This document shows positions 1 to 16,051 of a stretch of DNA of 64,000 nt, piece after piece; within the stretch, counting starts at the first letter, position 1, and every line of letters begins with the position of its first letter. Below the pieces are notes generated by a model. That model was not told the origin of the DNA and did no database searches. It saw only the letters and a program-made list of their open reading frames with translations. Position numbers and translations under genes: made by a program. The stretch spans positions 1,284,156 through 1,348,155 of the forward strand of contig CAJFCJ010000013.1 in NCBI GenBank assembly GCA_904063045.1, in the 5' to 3' direction. Origin of the DNA: Dimorphilus gyrociliatus (taxonomy: Eukaryota; Animalia; Annelida).

Positions 1-951
1 GTACAGACACATTTACTCTTTCTTTTCCCCAAAAGAGTTATATATTGGATTTTTTTTCTCTTCTATATTCGAATATTAATAACTATAGAACAAAAAAAAA
101 AGATACAAATAAATTGCTTTAATAACAACGCCACTAACTTTACTAGATGTACTTATTTATAGGATGGCGATATGACACATAGTACTTATAGTAAATAGTT
201 AATTGACTGAATTGCGCACTTTCTTTTACTATAAATTATTTAGTATTTGATATTTTATTGTTTATGAATTAATAAGTAAATTCAGTTTAATAATAATAGG
301 TTATATATTATAATATAATGCAATAATATGCGATATATAAATAAATACGGTATATATTGTCACTCAGCCTATATGCTAAAACAGCAACAAATTTATAGCC
401 TGTGACTGAATAATAGTTAACCGGAAATAAAACTAGTTGTTTTAAGAATTCTAATATACAGTATATACTGTATATACTAAAACATAGGTTAAATTTTGAT
501 TGATACAAGTCTTATTTTCAATTTAATAACATTATTTATTGCTAATAATAGTAGTTTTTTGTACTTTGGGAACAAGTTTCAACACTCTCAGCTCAAGAAC
601 AAATCATCCCGTTTATTAATATGTTCATAATATTAATATATACATATATATATTTATATACATATATATATGCAGTATACTGTATATAAAACAGACAATT
701 TAAATATAGCTTTATCGAAAGTAAAGGCAACAAGCGCTTTTGTTTTTCTCTATCGCTTCTTATATCTTGTGGATTTTTTGTTTTTCAAAATGAGGGCAGG
801 TGTTATAATATAGAATATACGTATTATATTAACGACAAGAATTGGAGAAGAATGAAAAATTAGCTAGAATTGAAAAAAAAAAAATAAATACAAAAAAAAT
901 TTGGCAGTAGGAACTGTGATTTTTGTTTGATAATAGAGGAAGGGGAAATAT

Positions 952-3742
<2,791 letters not shown>

Positions 3743-4602
3743 TTTCAGCTTTTACCACAAAAAATACTGTCAATTTAGCAGGCAATTAAATATCCAACAA
3801 ATGAATAATGATAAAACGTTGAATTTAAAGATTAAGAACAGGAATCAGCTAAAAAGATAAAAATTTGAAGAAATCGATGGCGTAAAATCCATCTAGTCTT
3901 TTTTAAAATATAAAATCCTTTCTTAAGATAAAATTTCCTTTTTCGGATATTGTTTTAATCCATTCGAATTTCTATCGAGATATTTTACAACTTAATTTAC
4001 AAGTAGATTCTCTGATAATCTACAAAAATTAGTAGGTGTACGTTATTTTAACGCTGAATGTGTGTAAATGTAGTCAACAAGGTCAAGGTCATATTTATTT
4101 ACGCAAAAGGTTTCCAAATGTATCCGCCCGGCACAATGTTTTCTTTCATGTTGATGCATAAATAATATTTTATAAAAAAAATCAAATGTAATAAATAATT
4201 ACCTGATTTAAAGATAATATTTAAATATTTTCTCAATAATATAGAACAAATTTTCGTATAATACATCTGCAAGAGGGAACTTACCCTATTAGAAATTTTT
4301 TGCAACCTTAACTGATGGAAATCAGAAGTGTGGAGAGATGAATTACTATTGTATATGTATTATAGAAAATAAGTTTGAAATTGCTTTATAGGTAGGTGGC
4401 TTTTTTTTAAAGTATTACACCATTTAAATATTTAAAGCTTGTTAAAGTGAACACTCTTAACTGCTAAAATAGCAAATTACTTAACTAAAAATAATAACAC
4501 ATTAAGATATTGACAAATTAGATTATCTAAGTCTGTTAAGTACACTTTTTTATGAAATTTGAACCTAATTCAAACGCATTACTCTTAATTTATATTGGCC
4601 TG

Positions 4603-4612
4603 GATGGCGCTA
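4603..4612 (+). promoter_or_regulatory. GATGGCGCTA CTCF-like motif (copy 1; ACK/DIABLO divergent promoter)
   Basis: Exact 10-mer that also occurs at 8166, 10328 and 22886. Confidence 0.55.
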
Positions 4613-4670
4613 TTTTTTACGAGACAACTGGTTGACAATTTTGCCAATTTCTCAATACTGCCATATTGAC

Positions 4671-5523
4671 ATGCTGGGCAAATTACCTGGAACTTTCATG
4701 CTAAGAAGTTTCAAGAGTTTGTACGTACCTCATTTTTTGCGATTTCGACGAGGCAGTTTTAGAGTGCGACGTGCTATGTCATCGAGTGGAGCAACTGGAG
4801 TTGGAGCTGGAGTTGGAGCTGGAATGGCATACGTGTCTGAGGCGGAAGATAGTCTTTCAAATTTGAGAGTGAGCGATAATGGGCTTTGTACAGTAATTTG
4901 TCTTAACTAAATGCTTATTCTTTGACAGCAACAGTTAGAACAAGACTTGACACCTCATGAACTACTAAAGAATTCAGCAACTAATGCAACATTAGCGGCC
5001 ATAAACATGTTTTCTCAGAGCGGCCTCGTTTATATAAGTTCCCTGAGAGAATATGTAGACGTACGTATTTCAAGTACTTAATGGAAGAAAGTATAACTAA
5101 TAATAATAGCTAATCTATCACTACAGATTCTCGAAACTTTAATAAGAACTCTGAATATCCGTGAAAAAACAAATTATATAGAAGATGAGGATGTCGTTTG
5201 GCAGACTATCATAGGACTGCGTAACACTATTCAAATAAAAAGAGAGGCTGTTATTGTAATAAAAAATAACTCAACATAACTGAAGATATAATTTAAACTT
5301 TTGACTCTTTCAGAAAAACGGCACAAACTATCAGGCTTGCTATAATTCCCTGAATAGTGTTGCTCAGACGTCCTTTGAAATCGGTTCACAAGACACCCCG
5401 ATATTTGCTAACGAACGTATTCAAGTCATCAGCAGCAAAGTGGATTCGCTAAGAGATCTAGCTCAAAGTCTTGAGGATGAGATACGAGATTTTGATATAA
5501 ATAGTGTGAAATCTGAAAATTAA
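4671..5523 (+). CDS. DIABLO: Smac/DIABLO homolog, mitochondrial (4 exons)
   Basis: An Arg-rich presequence is followed by spliced exons LTPHELLKNSATNATLAAINMFSQ...EDEDVVWQTIIGLR...SVAQTSFEIGSQDTPIFANERIQVISSKV. These align by eye with human Smac (LSSEALMRRAV...EEEDEVWQVIIGAR...[21 protein letters not shown]). GT-AG junctions keep frame. Confidence 0.8.
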
Positions 5524-6103
5524 GACATTCACAAAAACTTTTGTTACGAAATACAGTTAGAAGAATGTTTATTTTAGAAAAAAAAACAAAATATTGTTCA
5601 TTATCACATATTATAGAAAAAATTCATCCAACTTCTCAAAAAGAGTTCTGTCATCTTCGAAACAACCTCAAACTTCTGTACACGGTAAAAAAACATTTGT
5701 GTAAAATTTCACCCTACATTTATATAGACCATATTAAATTTACATATATAGAATTAATTTCATTTAGGCAATACATTATGAGCAAGGAACTAAAAGCAAG
5801 GGTAATAGAATTGTTTTTTTTTTGGCCCAAAAGTACAAAGTCCAATACGATATAATTAGACTGAGAGATTTATAATTAATGGTTTACAATTTCATTAGAA
5901 ATTATATATATATATATTAATATAATATATGTAAATTTGAAAGCAGGATAAGGGGTTTAAGGGATAGGAGTGGTTGAAAAGTACAAAGAATCAATAGCAT
6001 TTATACAGCATATATACATTTATATAATATATACAGTATATATATACAGTATATATATATATTTCTTTAAAAAAAAACTCACTAGTTCAATGGACATGAT
6101 TTT

Positions 6104-8126
<2,023 letters not shown>

Positions 8127-8165
8127 GTTGAACACGAAAAAAATATAGAACACTCTAGTCAACGA

Positions 8166-8175
8166 GATGGCGCTA
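8166..8175 (+). promoter_or_regulatory. GATGGCGCTA CTCF-like motif (copy 2; 40 bp upstream of the YIPF3 ATG)
   Basis: Exact 10-mer recurrence. Confidence 0.55.
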
Positions 8176-8797
8176 GTACCACATCACCCAAGAACGAAAT
8201 TTTCCATCAAAGTTCAAGAAAGTCGGACTGCTAAAATTAACTTTGTTTATATGTTTAAAGGTGAAGCTTGTAGAGCTGTGTTTATTAGCGGATCACGGAA
8301 CGCATTTATAATAGACGAAACTATAAGCAACTTCAGTAAATATAACGTTATCGTTAGTATTTTCAGTGCAAATACTTTTAATCGTAAACAATCATTTACA
8401 AACTTGTAAAAGAGATTACTATATAATATGTTATTCCCTTGACAAATCCATATCTATTAAGATTTTTCATGCATATTATTTTCCAGTAGATTCAAAACAA
8501 ACAACTTCAAAAAGGATAACGCGATGGAGAGTCCTCGAAAAACGGTTAAACTTGTTTCAGTTGTATCAAATTTCGAATAATAAAACAAGTATGGGGAAGA
8601 CAATTTCTATTACAAGTATACATATATGAATATAAATATATATACTCTTAAATATATTTGAATTTCTCATGTAAAGAAAGACTAATACTTAAGGCAAATT
8701 ACAAGAACAATATTCGTTAGCTCTAATACAGAAATATGTAAAAGTAACAAATATGGCATCTATTCAAAGAAAATAAAGCCAATCAATGGTATTTTTG

Positions 8798-10142
8798 CTA
8801 TTTAACCCAAATCTTAGATCCTGTACTAGCTGACACCTGTTCAACAGAAAACATAATAAATTATAAATCATATAGACAAAGTACGTTATTCGTGGTATCT
8901 TACTTTTTCAACGATTACCGACTCTTTTGCTTCACTTCTACTTGACATTGTCAGACCAACGTGTGCTCTAAACAAGGCTTCAATCGGCTGGCAATATGCT
9001 GATACCTTAGCCTTCTGCAAAGGCTTTACTCTTTCTCCTAGCCTGAATTTTACAATATCAAATTACTGTAAGCCTAAAAACTTTTTATACAATGTTTTAA
9101 GTGGTATAATAAAATAATGAGTACTTGAAATAAAAGTATGAAAATATCTTAAAGAAATTACCAATATATATAGGCAAACTTTACAGTTAAAATATCATCT
9201 ATTTTATCTGTTAGTCTGTACAGGGCAAACATCACTTGATCATCTTCGAATCTCGAACTGACGTCTTCAAAATTACCAACTCCTTCGTCTAAGAGAACTA
9301 ATTTCTTATCAACTTTACCATTCTCAAAACCGATTAAGCACCAATTGTTTTCCTCGTAATCGCAATGGACGTTATTTATTGCTTCATAAACTTCGGGAGC
9401 AACATCAATTGCCAATGGTTTCGGAGCTACTCGGGACGGTTTAAATTCTTTCCTTGTTTGTGTTTGCGTTGCGGTGAATCCTCTTTCCTGCCTACCAACG
9501 GTTGGACCATCAATAACATGATTTCTTGTACCAGCATTGTTTTCTAACTTGTCCATTAAACAAGCCTCTGTTAGTTCTGATTTATTGCTGGTCTCTACGA
9601 AACAGTGGTATTGATCAAAATTCTTCGAGATACTGCCATGAACAACACCGAATTTTCCAAGTTTGACGAAACGTACCTCATGCCCAATCCTATTTCAAAA
9701 ATTTTGGTTTAAACCGATTAAATATAAGTAGATAAGAGAATTTTAAAAGAGATGAGCTTACCATCTAACATAAACGAATTTAACTGTCGTCGACATATCA
9801 ACCGAGCTTGTTAACCTGATAAGGCCGTACATAACTTGATCATCCCTAAGATTCGACACAAATTCATCCAGACTGTCTCCTTTATCTTCGCTGGTGGCAC
9901 ATAGTTGTAGACTACATGGATTATCGTTAACATGCTCAACTAGAAGCCATGCTTTTCTTTCCCTGTTTTGTCCATCTTCCCTATAAGTACGACATTTGTT
10001 AGGAAATCCTTATGGAATTATTCATATGTACGATAACATTATAAATATATAGTATTAGTGTTTTTTTACTAAATATTTACCGAACAAAAGCATTGGCCCG
10101 TTTGAACGCTTCTAAATCTCCAAAAGACGCTTCAGTACTCAT
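8798..10142 (-). CDS. Protein with two tandem coactosin/drebrin-type ADF-H actin-binding domains
   Basis: Two copies of the pattern W-L/C-L-V/I...DDQVMY/FG/AL-RL...KFV/AYV/I-W-I/L-G, joined across 5 exons with consistent phases. The protein starts MSTEASFGDLEAFKRANAFVR and ends VSASTGSKIWVK*. Confidence 0.8.
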
Positions 10143-10327
10143 ATTTTTAATAAACAATATTTTATCTTCGAATGAATGGTTTATCTATTGAAAGTACGTA
10201 GCCAACTAAGCAATATCATAAAAATTCTTTTGCTTAAAAAAAGACCACTAAAGGAAGTGCTCGACACGGAAATACTTCCTTATATGGTAATGTTAGAGGC
10301 CTATTTCGGAATTATTTATGAGTCACA

Positions 10328-10337
10328 GATGGCGCTA
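10328..10337 (+). promoter_or_regulatory. GATGGCGCTA CTCF-like motif (copy 3; between the SERT 3' end and the ADF-H gene start)
   Basis: Exact 10-mer recurrence. Confidence 0.55.
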
Positions 10338-10415
10338 CGCAGTTAAAGTTTTTCGAATGTGACGACTTTTTCTGTATTCTAAGAAAACTATAACATAAAT
10401 AATATTTCTGTTTTT

Positions 10416-12311
10416 TTAAACGTAAGTAGCATCATGGTGGCGTCTACGGTTTCTACTACTCGAATGTTCCTTTACTGGCTTTGGAGTAATCATTCCCCGA
10501 AGTCTCTGTTATTTGTCATAGGTTAGAAATGAGAAGAATGTTTTAGAGGTGACAATACCTTTCTAAAGGATCCTTTACAAACGAAACAAAAATGATAAAT
10601 CATATAAGCAGGTATGGGAATTATAGAGCTGCAGGTCATCGCCCAACCGATACTAGATGCCCATTTTGGAAATACATAGCCTTCCAATTCTAAACCTGTA
10701 TATCCAGTTATAGATAAGATGAAGAGTGTCTGAAGATAGATGAATATGTATGATAAATATTCAAAATATTTTTATATTTATTTAACTTACAAATAAGAAC
10801 ACAGGACTAATAACACTCCAGCACAACTTCCAAAATATTCCAGGTGAATAGCCTATCATCTTTTTAATATCTTCACTAAATCTATTCACTCCATAGAACC
10901 AATTAACCGCAATGGCTTCTAGGAAACATATAAATAATATGGAAATTGGAACTCCATGAGTATCTATAAGCGTTACAACGTACTGGCCACCATTTGTCGT
11001 TGTAGCTAGAGCTCCAATGAAGCAGTATACTACCAGACAAGCAACAAATAACTCTCTCCTCCTCCCAATTTTTTCAGGCCACTCGTCGCAGACAGCCGTA
11101 ATTAAGGCTTCCAATCCGCCAAAAGTTGAATCAAGACCCAATGTAATTAGCATCAGGAAAAAGATGAGGGCCCAAAATACAGAACCGTCTAAAGTAGCTA
11201 AAGCTTCGGGATAAACGATAAATACTAGGCCTGCTTCCATCTTTGCTACTTCGTCAACGCTCTTATTATGTCTATTTGCCATATAGCCCAGCACAGAAAA
11301 CACCACAAAACCAGCAAGGAAAGATGTTGCGCAATTTATAGAAGCAGTTATCAAAGCATCCATATAGCAGTTGTTGTTAAAATGATTATAGCTAGATAGA
11401 GCAAGCAAAACTCCGAAACCAGGACCAAGGGAAAAGAATATTTGCGCCGCAGCATCCACCCAAACTTTGGATTTTAAAAGATAATGCCATCTCGGGGTCA
11501 AATAGAACTTTATACCTTCTAGACTGCCGGGAAGAGTTAGACCTCTTATTAGTAGAATAAATAAAACAACATAAGGCAGCGTTGCTGTTACCCAAACAGC
11601 TTTGCCGGAACTTTTGATGCCTTTCCATAAAGAGAAATAGACAAGTACGAAAACTCCCATCAGACATAAGGCAATTGGCCATCTAATATTACCAATATCT
11701 TCAATTCCTTTCGCCTTGTTTTCACCTAAAACATGTCTTTCAAAGAATTGTTGGGCGGCTGACTGGCCCAATGTTTGATTCGTAGTACAGTTTTTATTAT
11801 TCCAAATATTATTGCAGTTATCCCAAGGCAATCGCGACCGAAATGATGAAAAAAAATAATAAAGCGACCAAGATATCAGAGTATTATAATACATAGCTAC
11901 GTAGCTCGCTATAACACTTATACCGAAACCTATCCCTTTAAACATCGGACATATTTTCTTCCAAACGCTTATGCAACCCGACTTTTGAAATTGCCCCAAC
12001 GCCAATTCCATATAGAATAGAGGCAATCCGCCGAAAATAAGCATGATAACATATGGTATAAGAAAGGCTCCACCACCATTTCTATAGCAGATATATGGAA
12101 ATCTCCAAACATTGCCTAAGTCCACGGCGAAACCAACAACAGACAATAAAAAATCCATCTTCTTCTTCCATTGTTGACGCTCTTTTTTCTTAGGAGCAGA
12201 ATAATCTCCTGTTTGATCCTCTCCATCTTCTTCTCTGGTGACTTGTTTCCTCGAAATTTGCTTACTATACCTAGGCGGTAAAGCCGTACTGAAAGTTCCG
12301 CTGTGAGCCAT
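10416..12311 (-). CDS. SLC6A4: Sodium-dependent serotonin transporter (SLC6 monoamine transporter), 3 coding exons
   Basis: Motifs [48 protein letters not shown] (SERT-type) and [11 protein letters not shown]. The large exon spans 12311-10791, followed by two short exons that end at TAA 10416. The first in-frame ATG is at 12311; the ORF track starts at a GTG. Confidence 0.9.
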
Positions 12312-13318
12312 ATACGGTGCTGGCACGATTATGGTGCCGGCAAAAAAGCGATTGGCTTTCTATGATTATTGATGAGAAAACTGATTGCCGGTAGTCGGTC
12401 AAGAGTGTTTCATGAATATTGTAATAAGTGTATAATTATCAGCGTATAGTATCAGTTACCGTACTTAACTAAATTATTATTCCACCCTGTCCAAAATTTA
12501 ACTTGTTCCCTTCCTTACGCTCTCTCAAAATACATCCATATACTGAATATAAATACATATAGATTGATATTAAATATACAGTGTGCCCATATATTAGTAT
12601 ATTTTTCCTAACCACCCAAACTTCTTTTTTTTCCACCTGACCTTAATACGTAGAACTTGACTGCATTGTTTATCTAGGAGTTGGTATTCCAGCATATTTA
12701 CCAAAACTTTTTTTTCTTTTTAACTAAAGTTTAGCTGCGGAACATTGTTTTTTCCTTGTTATTTAATACAAATCGTGTTAAAAGTTGGATTATAATTCCC
12801 TCTTTTTAGTTTTTTTTTTTTATAGCAATTTTCTATAGACTTAGTCTATTTTCCTATATGAAAAACAATGCTTAAATAAATTTTTGTAGGCGGTAAAACA
12901 TTAATAATCAATTATTATTTTTTAATGAGTATTAGCCAGGAATTAAAAGTATGTTGGTGACATTATATTGTATATGTATATGTATGTATATTTGTATATG
13001 AGTAGTTTTTCGAGTAGGGGTTGAACACGTGGGTTCTTCGATAAAAAACAATGTTCCACTGGACTACTTACGGAATATGAGAGAAAAAATATAGTTCTTG
13101 ACTTTTTACAACTTTTTTTAAGCGTTTAGAGTATCGTTATTCATAAAACAAAGTTTAGTTTATAGAAATGTTATAAAAGTTAAAAGTATATATATTTAAA
13201 AGTCATTTGAATAATTTTATAGTTAAAAGGTGTTTTTCCCGCTTCCTACGCGTTCTGAAATTACTCCATTTTCTCTAAAACAGTGTGAAAGAACGGTTAG
13301 AGGGTAATAAAGTTTCCA

Positions 13319-14923
13319 ATGGCTAAATACGCTACTATCAAGTATGATGAATTTATTAAAAAAACTCTGTTACATTTGAAAGCCAAATATGACGGAGAAA
13401 TGTATGAAGTACGACACATAAGTAGAGATCTAAACACGCTGGATGAATTACTTAAGGAAATTAAAGTGTACAAAATGAAGAGGCGTATAGACGAGGAAAA
13501 AGCAATGCGGCAAAGACAAAGGGGCAATGAATACCTTGCTCATAAAAAGCATACAACTGCAATTAAAATATACTCGGAGGCTCTCGCTCTGAGCAATAGA
13601 GGTTCCCTGGAATGGTCATACTGTTTGGCTAATAGGGCAGCTGCTCTGTACTCGCTGAAAACTGAAAAAGAGCTGTTGCAGGCTAAGGAGGATAGTTTGG
13701 CGTGTCTTTTCGGTTTTCCTGTGCCAAGTCGAGCGAAAATTTTTCGAAGACTTGGTCATATCTGTCTTCATTTGGATGAAAAGCTGACGGCGTTAGAATA
13801 TTTTAAAAAGGCGATAGAAATTGAACCAGAAAACAGCAAAAATCCTTCCGAGTCGCTTCTTGAAGAGTTAAAAAATGCTGAAATAGCACCGGCAGTTGTT
13901 CCTCCTTCTGAGCCGTTTAAAATAGATGAAGCTGGTAAAAAGGGTAAAGGAATGTACGCCACAAGGGCGATTAGAATTGGAGAGAAGATCTTGTCTAGGG
14001 AACCTTATGAGATCAGCGTGACACCAGGCAGAGGAGTATGTAGTGGATGTGCTAAAAAAACAGGTGCGCCTTATCCGTGCGATTCTTGTCCAGATGATAT
14101 ATTTTGTACGGAAGATTGCTACGCGAAAAATTTTGCAGCTCATCAGATAATTTGCGGATTGGCTAATGTCTTATATCATCATTCTATTGGTAAATTGGGT
14201 GTCTTGGCTATCAAGCTGCTACTTAGAGAAGATTCAGAATGGATAAATATGGTGGCAAATAATTTGAAAAGATCCAACCTTGAGCACTTGCAATTTGAAG
14301 CTTTAGCATATTATATATGCTATTTCACAGGAATTCGAAATCATAAGAAGATGTTAAGGGCACTCTTTATTATCACTTGTAATGGGATTGAGATGTCTGA
14401 CAATAGTATGGGTTTATACCCAGATATAAGTTGTATTAATCATTCGTGCAATCCGAATGTGGATTTTATATTTTCTGGCTCCACATGTACGGTACGAGCG
14501 ATCAAACCAATTGCAAGAAACGAGCAAATCTTTGTGGATTATGGAAACAATTTTGCAACGCTGGACAAGCCCAGCAGACAAAATAAGCTCCTTGCACAAT
14601 ATTTTTTTGACTGCGATTGCGAGGCTTGCGACGAAGACTGGAAACACAAAAATTTCACAACGATGGCAGACGACTTTCATCGTGCTGATGAAGATTCGGG
14701 AGAGAAAAGGAGGGTCAAGAACCTTATTCATGACCTCGAAGCTCTTGACTTTGACCAAGAAGTGACGTTTCCAATGTTCGACGATATTAGAGATAATTTT
14801 GCTTGGCTTTATCAAAGAAATTTCTTTAAACAGCCAACGGATCTATATGTTAAGTCATTAAGTAGCATACGAAAATTGTTGAAAAGATTGGGAAACACTG
14901 TCGATAATTTTTATTATACATAA
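13319..14923 (+). CDS. SMYD4: SMYD4-like TPR-SET-MYND lysine methyltransferase, intronless
   Basis: N-terminal TPRs (RQRGNEY, LANRAAAL), split SET start GKGMYATRAI, MYND cysteines, INHSCNPN, and DYG followed by post-SET YFFDCDCEAC. Confidence 0.82.
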   Translation: MAKYATIKYDEFIKKTLLHLKAKYDGEMYEVRHISRDLNTLDELLKEIKVYKMKRRIDEEKAMRQRQRGNEYLAHKKHTTAIKIYSEALALSNRGSLEWSYCLANRAAALYSLKTEKELLQAKEDSLACLFGFPVPSRAKIFRRLGHICLHLDEKLTALEYFKKAIEIEPENSKNPSESLLEELKNAEIAPAVVPPSEPFKIDEAGKKGKGMYATRAIRIGEKILSREPYEISVTPGRGVCSGCAKKTGAPYPCDSCPDDIFCTEDCYAKNFAAHQIICGLANVLYHHSIGKLGVLAIKLLLREDSEWINMVANNLKRSNLEHLQFEALAYYICYFTGIRNHKKMLRALFIITCNGIEMSDNSMGLYPDISCINHSCNPNVDFIFSGSTCTVRAIKPIARNEQIFVDYGNNFATLDKPSRQNKLLAQYFFDCDCEACDEDWKHKNFTTMADDFHRADEDSGEKRRVKNLIHDLEALDFDQEVTFPMFDDIRDNFAWLYQRNFFKQPTDLYVKSLSSIRKLLKRLGNTVDNFYYT

Positions 14924-15787
14924 CTTATGAATACATATTTACGTCTTAATTATAAAAATACTGATAAATCACGTTTGTGATAAATTTACAACTGATCAGG
15001 TTTTTTAAACAAAGCCATAACTTGACACATATCTGAAACGAGCAACGTTATGATTATTCAAGCTTAACCTTAACTTACCCTGTAAAAACCATAAGTTGTA
15101 AATCAGTCAAAAATGTAATTTATCTGCTAAAAACAGTAGATAAAAAATTTTGCGTTTTTCTTCTCACCCAAAATCCCAATAAGATCTATACAAGACAAAT
15201 ACATCTGCAGATAAAAGAGTCATAAACGCTAAGGAGCGGACCATTGGACAATTACAGTAGAAACATTAACAGTATAATTTCTCTCATTCATTTACATGAA
15301 CAATTTGCATAAGTTACATTTATATAAATTAAGAATATATACGAAAACCTGATAAAAACAAATAGCATTAAAAACCATAATTCTCACATTTAATTCATTT
15401 ATAAATATTATTAATATTTAGAACAGCTAAATAGTCTTGGATCAACAAAAATTGAAATTGTTCCCAAGAAAAAAGAACAATCACAGTGCGCCAAAAAAAC
15501 AAAATTTACTAAACATTTGTAAACAGAATAATTCACAATTCGAAGGACATTTTTGCGTCCAATAAATTCGAGATATTATTTAAAAAAGAAGAAGAAGAAG
15601 AAGAGGAAATATAATAAATCCTCAAAAGATATTCATTTCTACCATCAATCCTATTTCAATGTATCAATTCATTAATTGGACATTTTATTTATTCGATTGT
15701 TTTTTTTTCTGTGTTAGTTTCTTTTTTTCCTTTAAAAGATTTAGCACCACCACGAAAATTCCCTTTTTTTTTTTACAATACTTCTTA

Positions 15788-16020
15788 TTACAATATGGTG
15801 CAGTTCTGCAAAAATGAAAAAAAATGATAATTATATGGGCAAGAACAACAATATGCTATTAATAAATCAAATGTACATGATAAAAATAATATGCCTATAT
15901 AAAGACATATGAACCTATAGATATATTATATACTGTATAATGGCAAAGAGGTGAGAAAGAAATAGAAACAGTGATAATTAAGGAAAAAGCGATTATAAGA
16001 GGTAGATAATTCAAATAACA

Positions 16021-16051
<31 letters not shown>

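Noticed and set aside
1-930. ORF 308-508 and other short frames
   Set aside because: AT-rich low-complexity sequence with no recognisable motif or coherent splice pattern; probably UTR or intergenic.
8167-8629. Plus-strand ORFs 8167-8409 and 8366-8629
   Set aside because: The first ATG is part of the recurrent GATGGCG motif, and I could not build a coherent gene or recognise homology.
13768-14815. Antisense and alternate-frame ORFs over SMYD4-like (also those over ACK, SERT, GPCR, NUDT9 and WD40)
   Set aside because: Shadow ORFs of real coding sequence.
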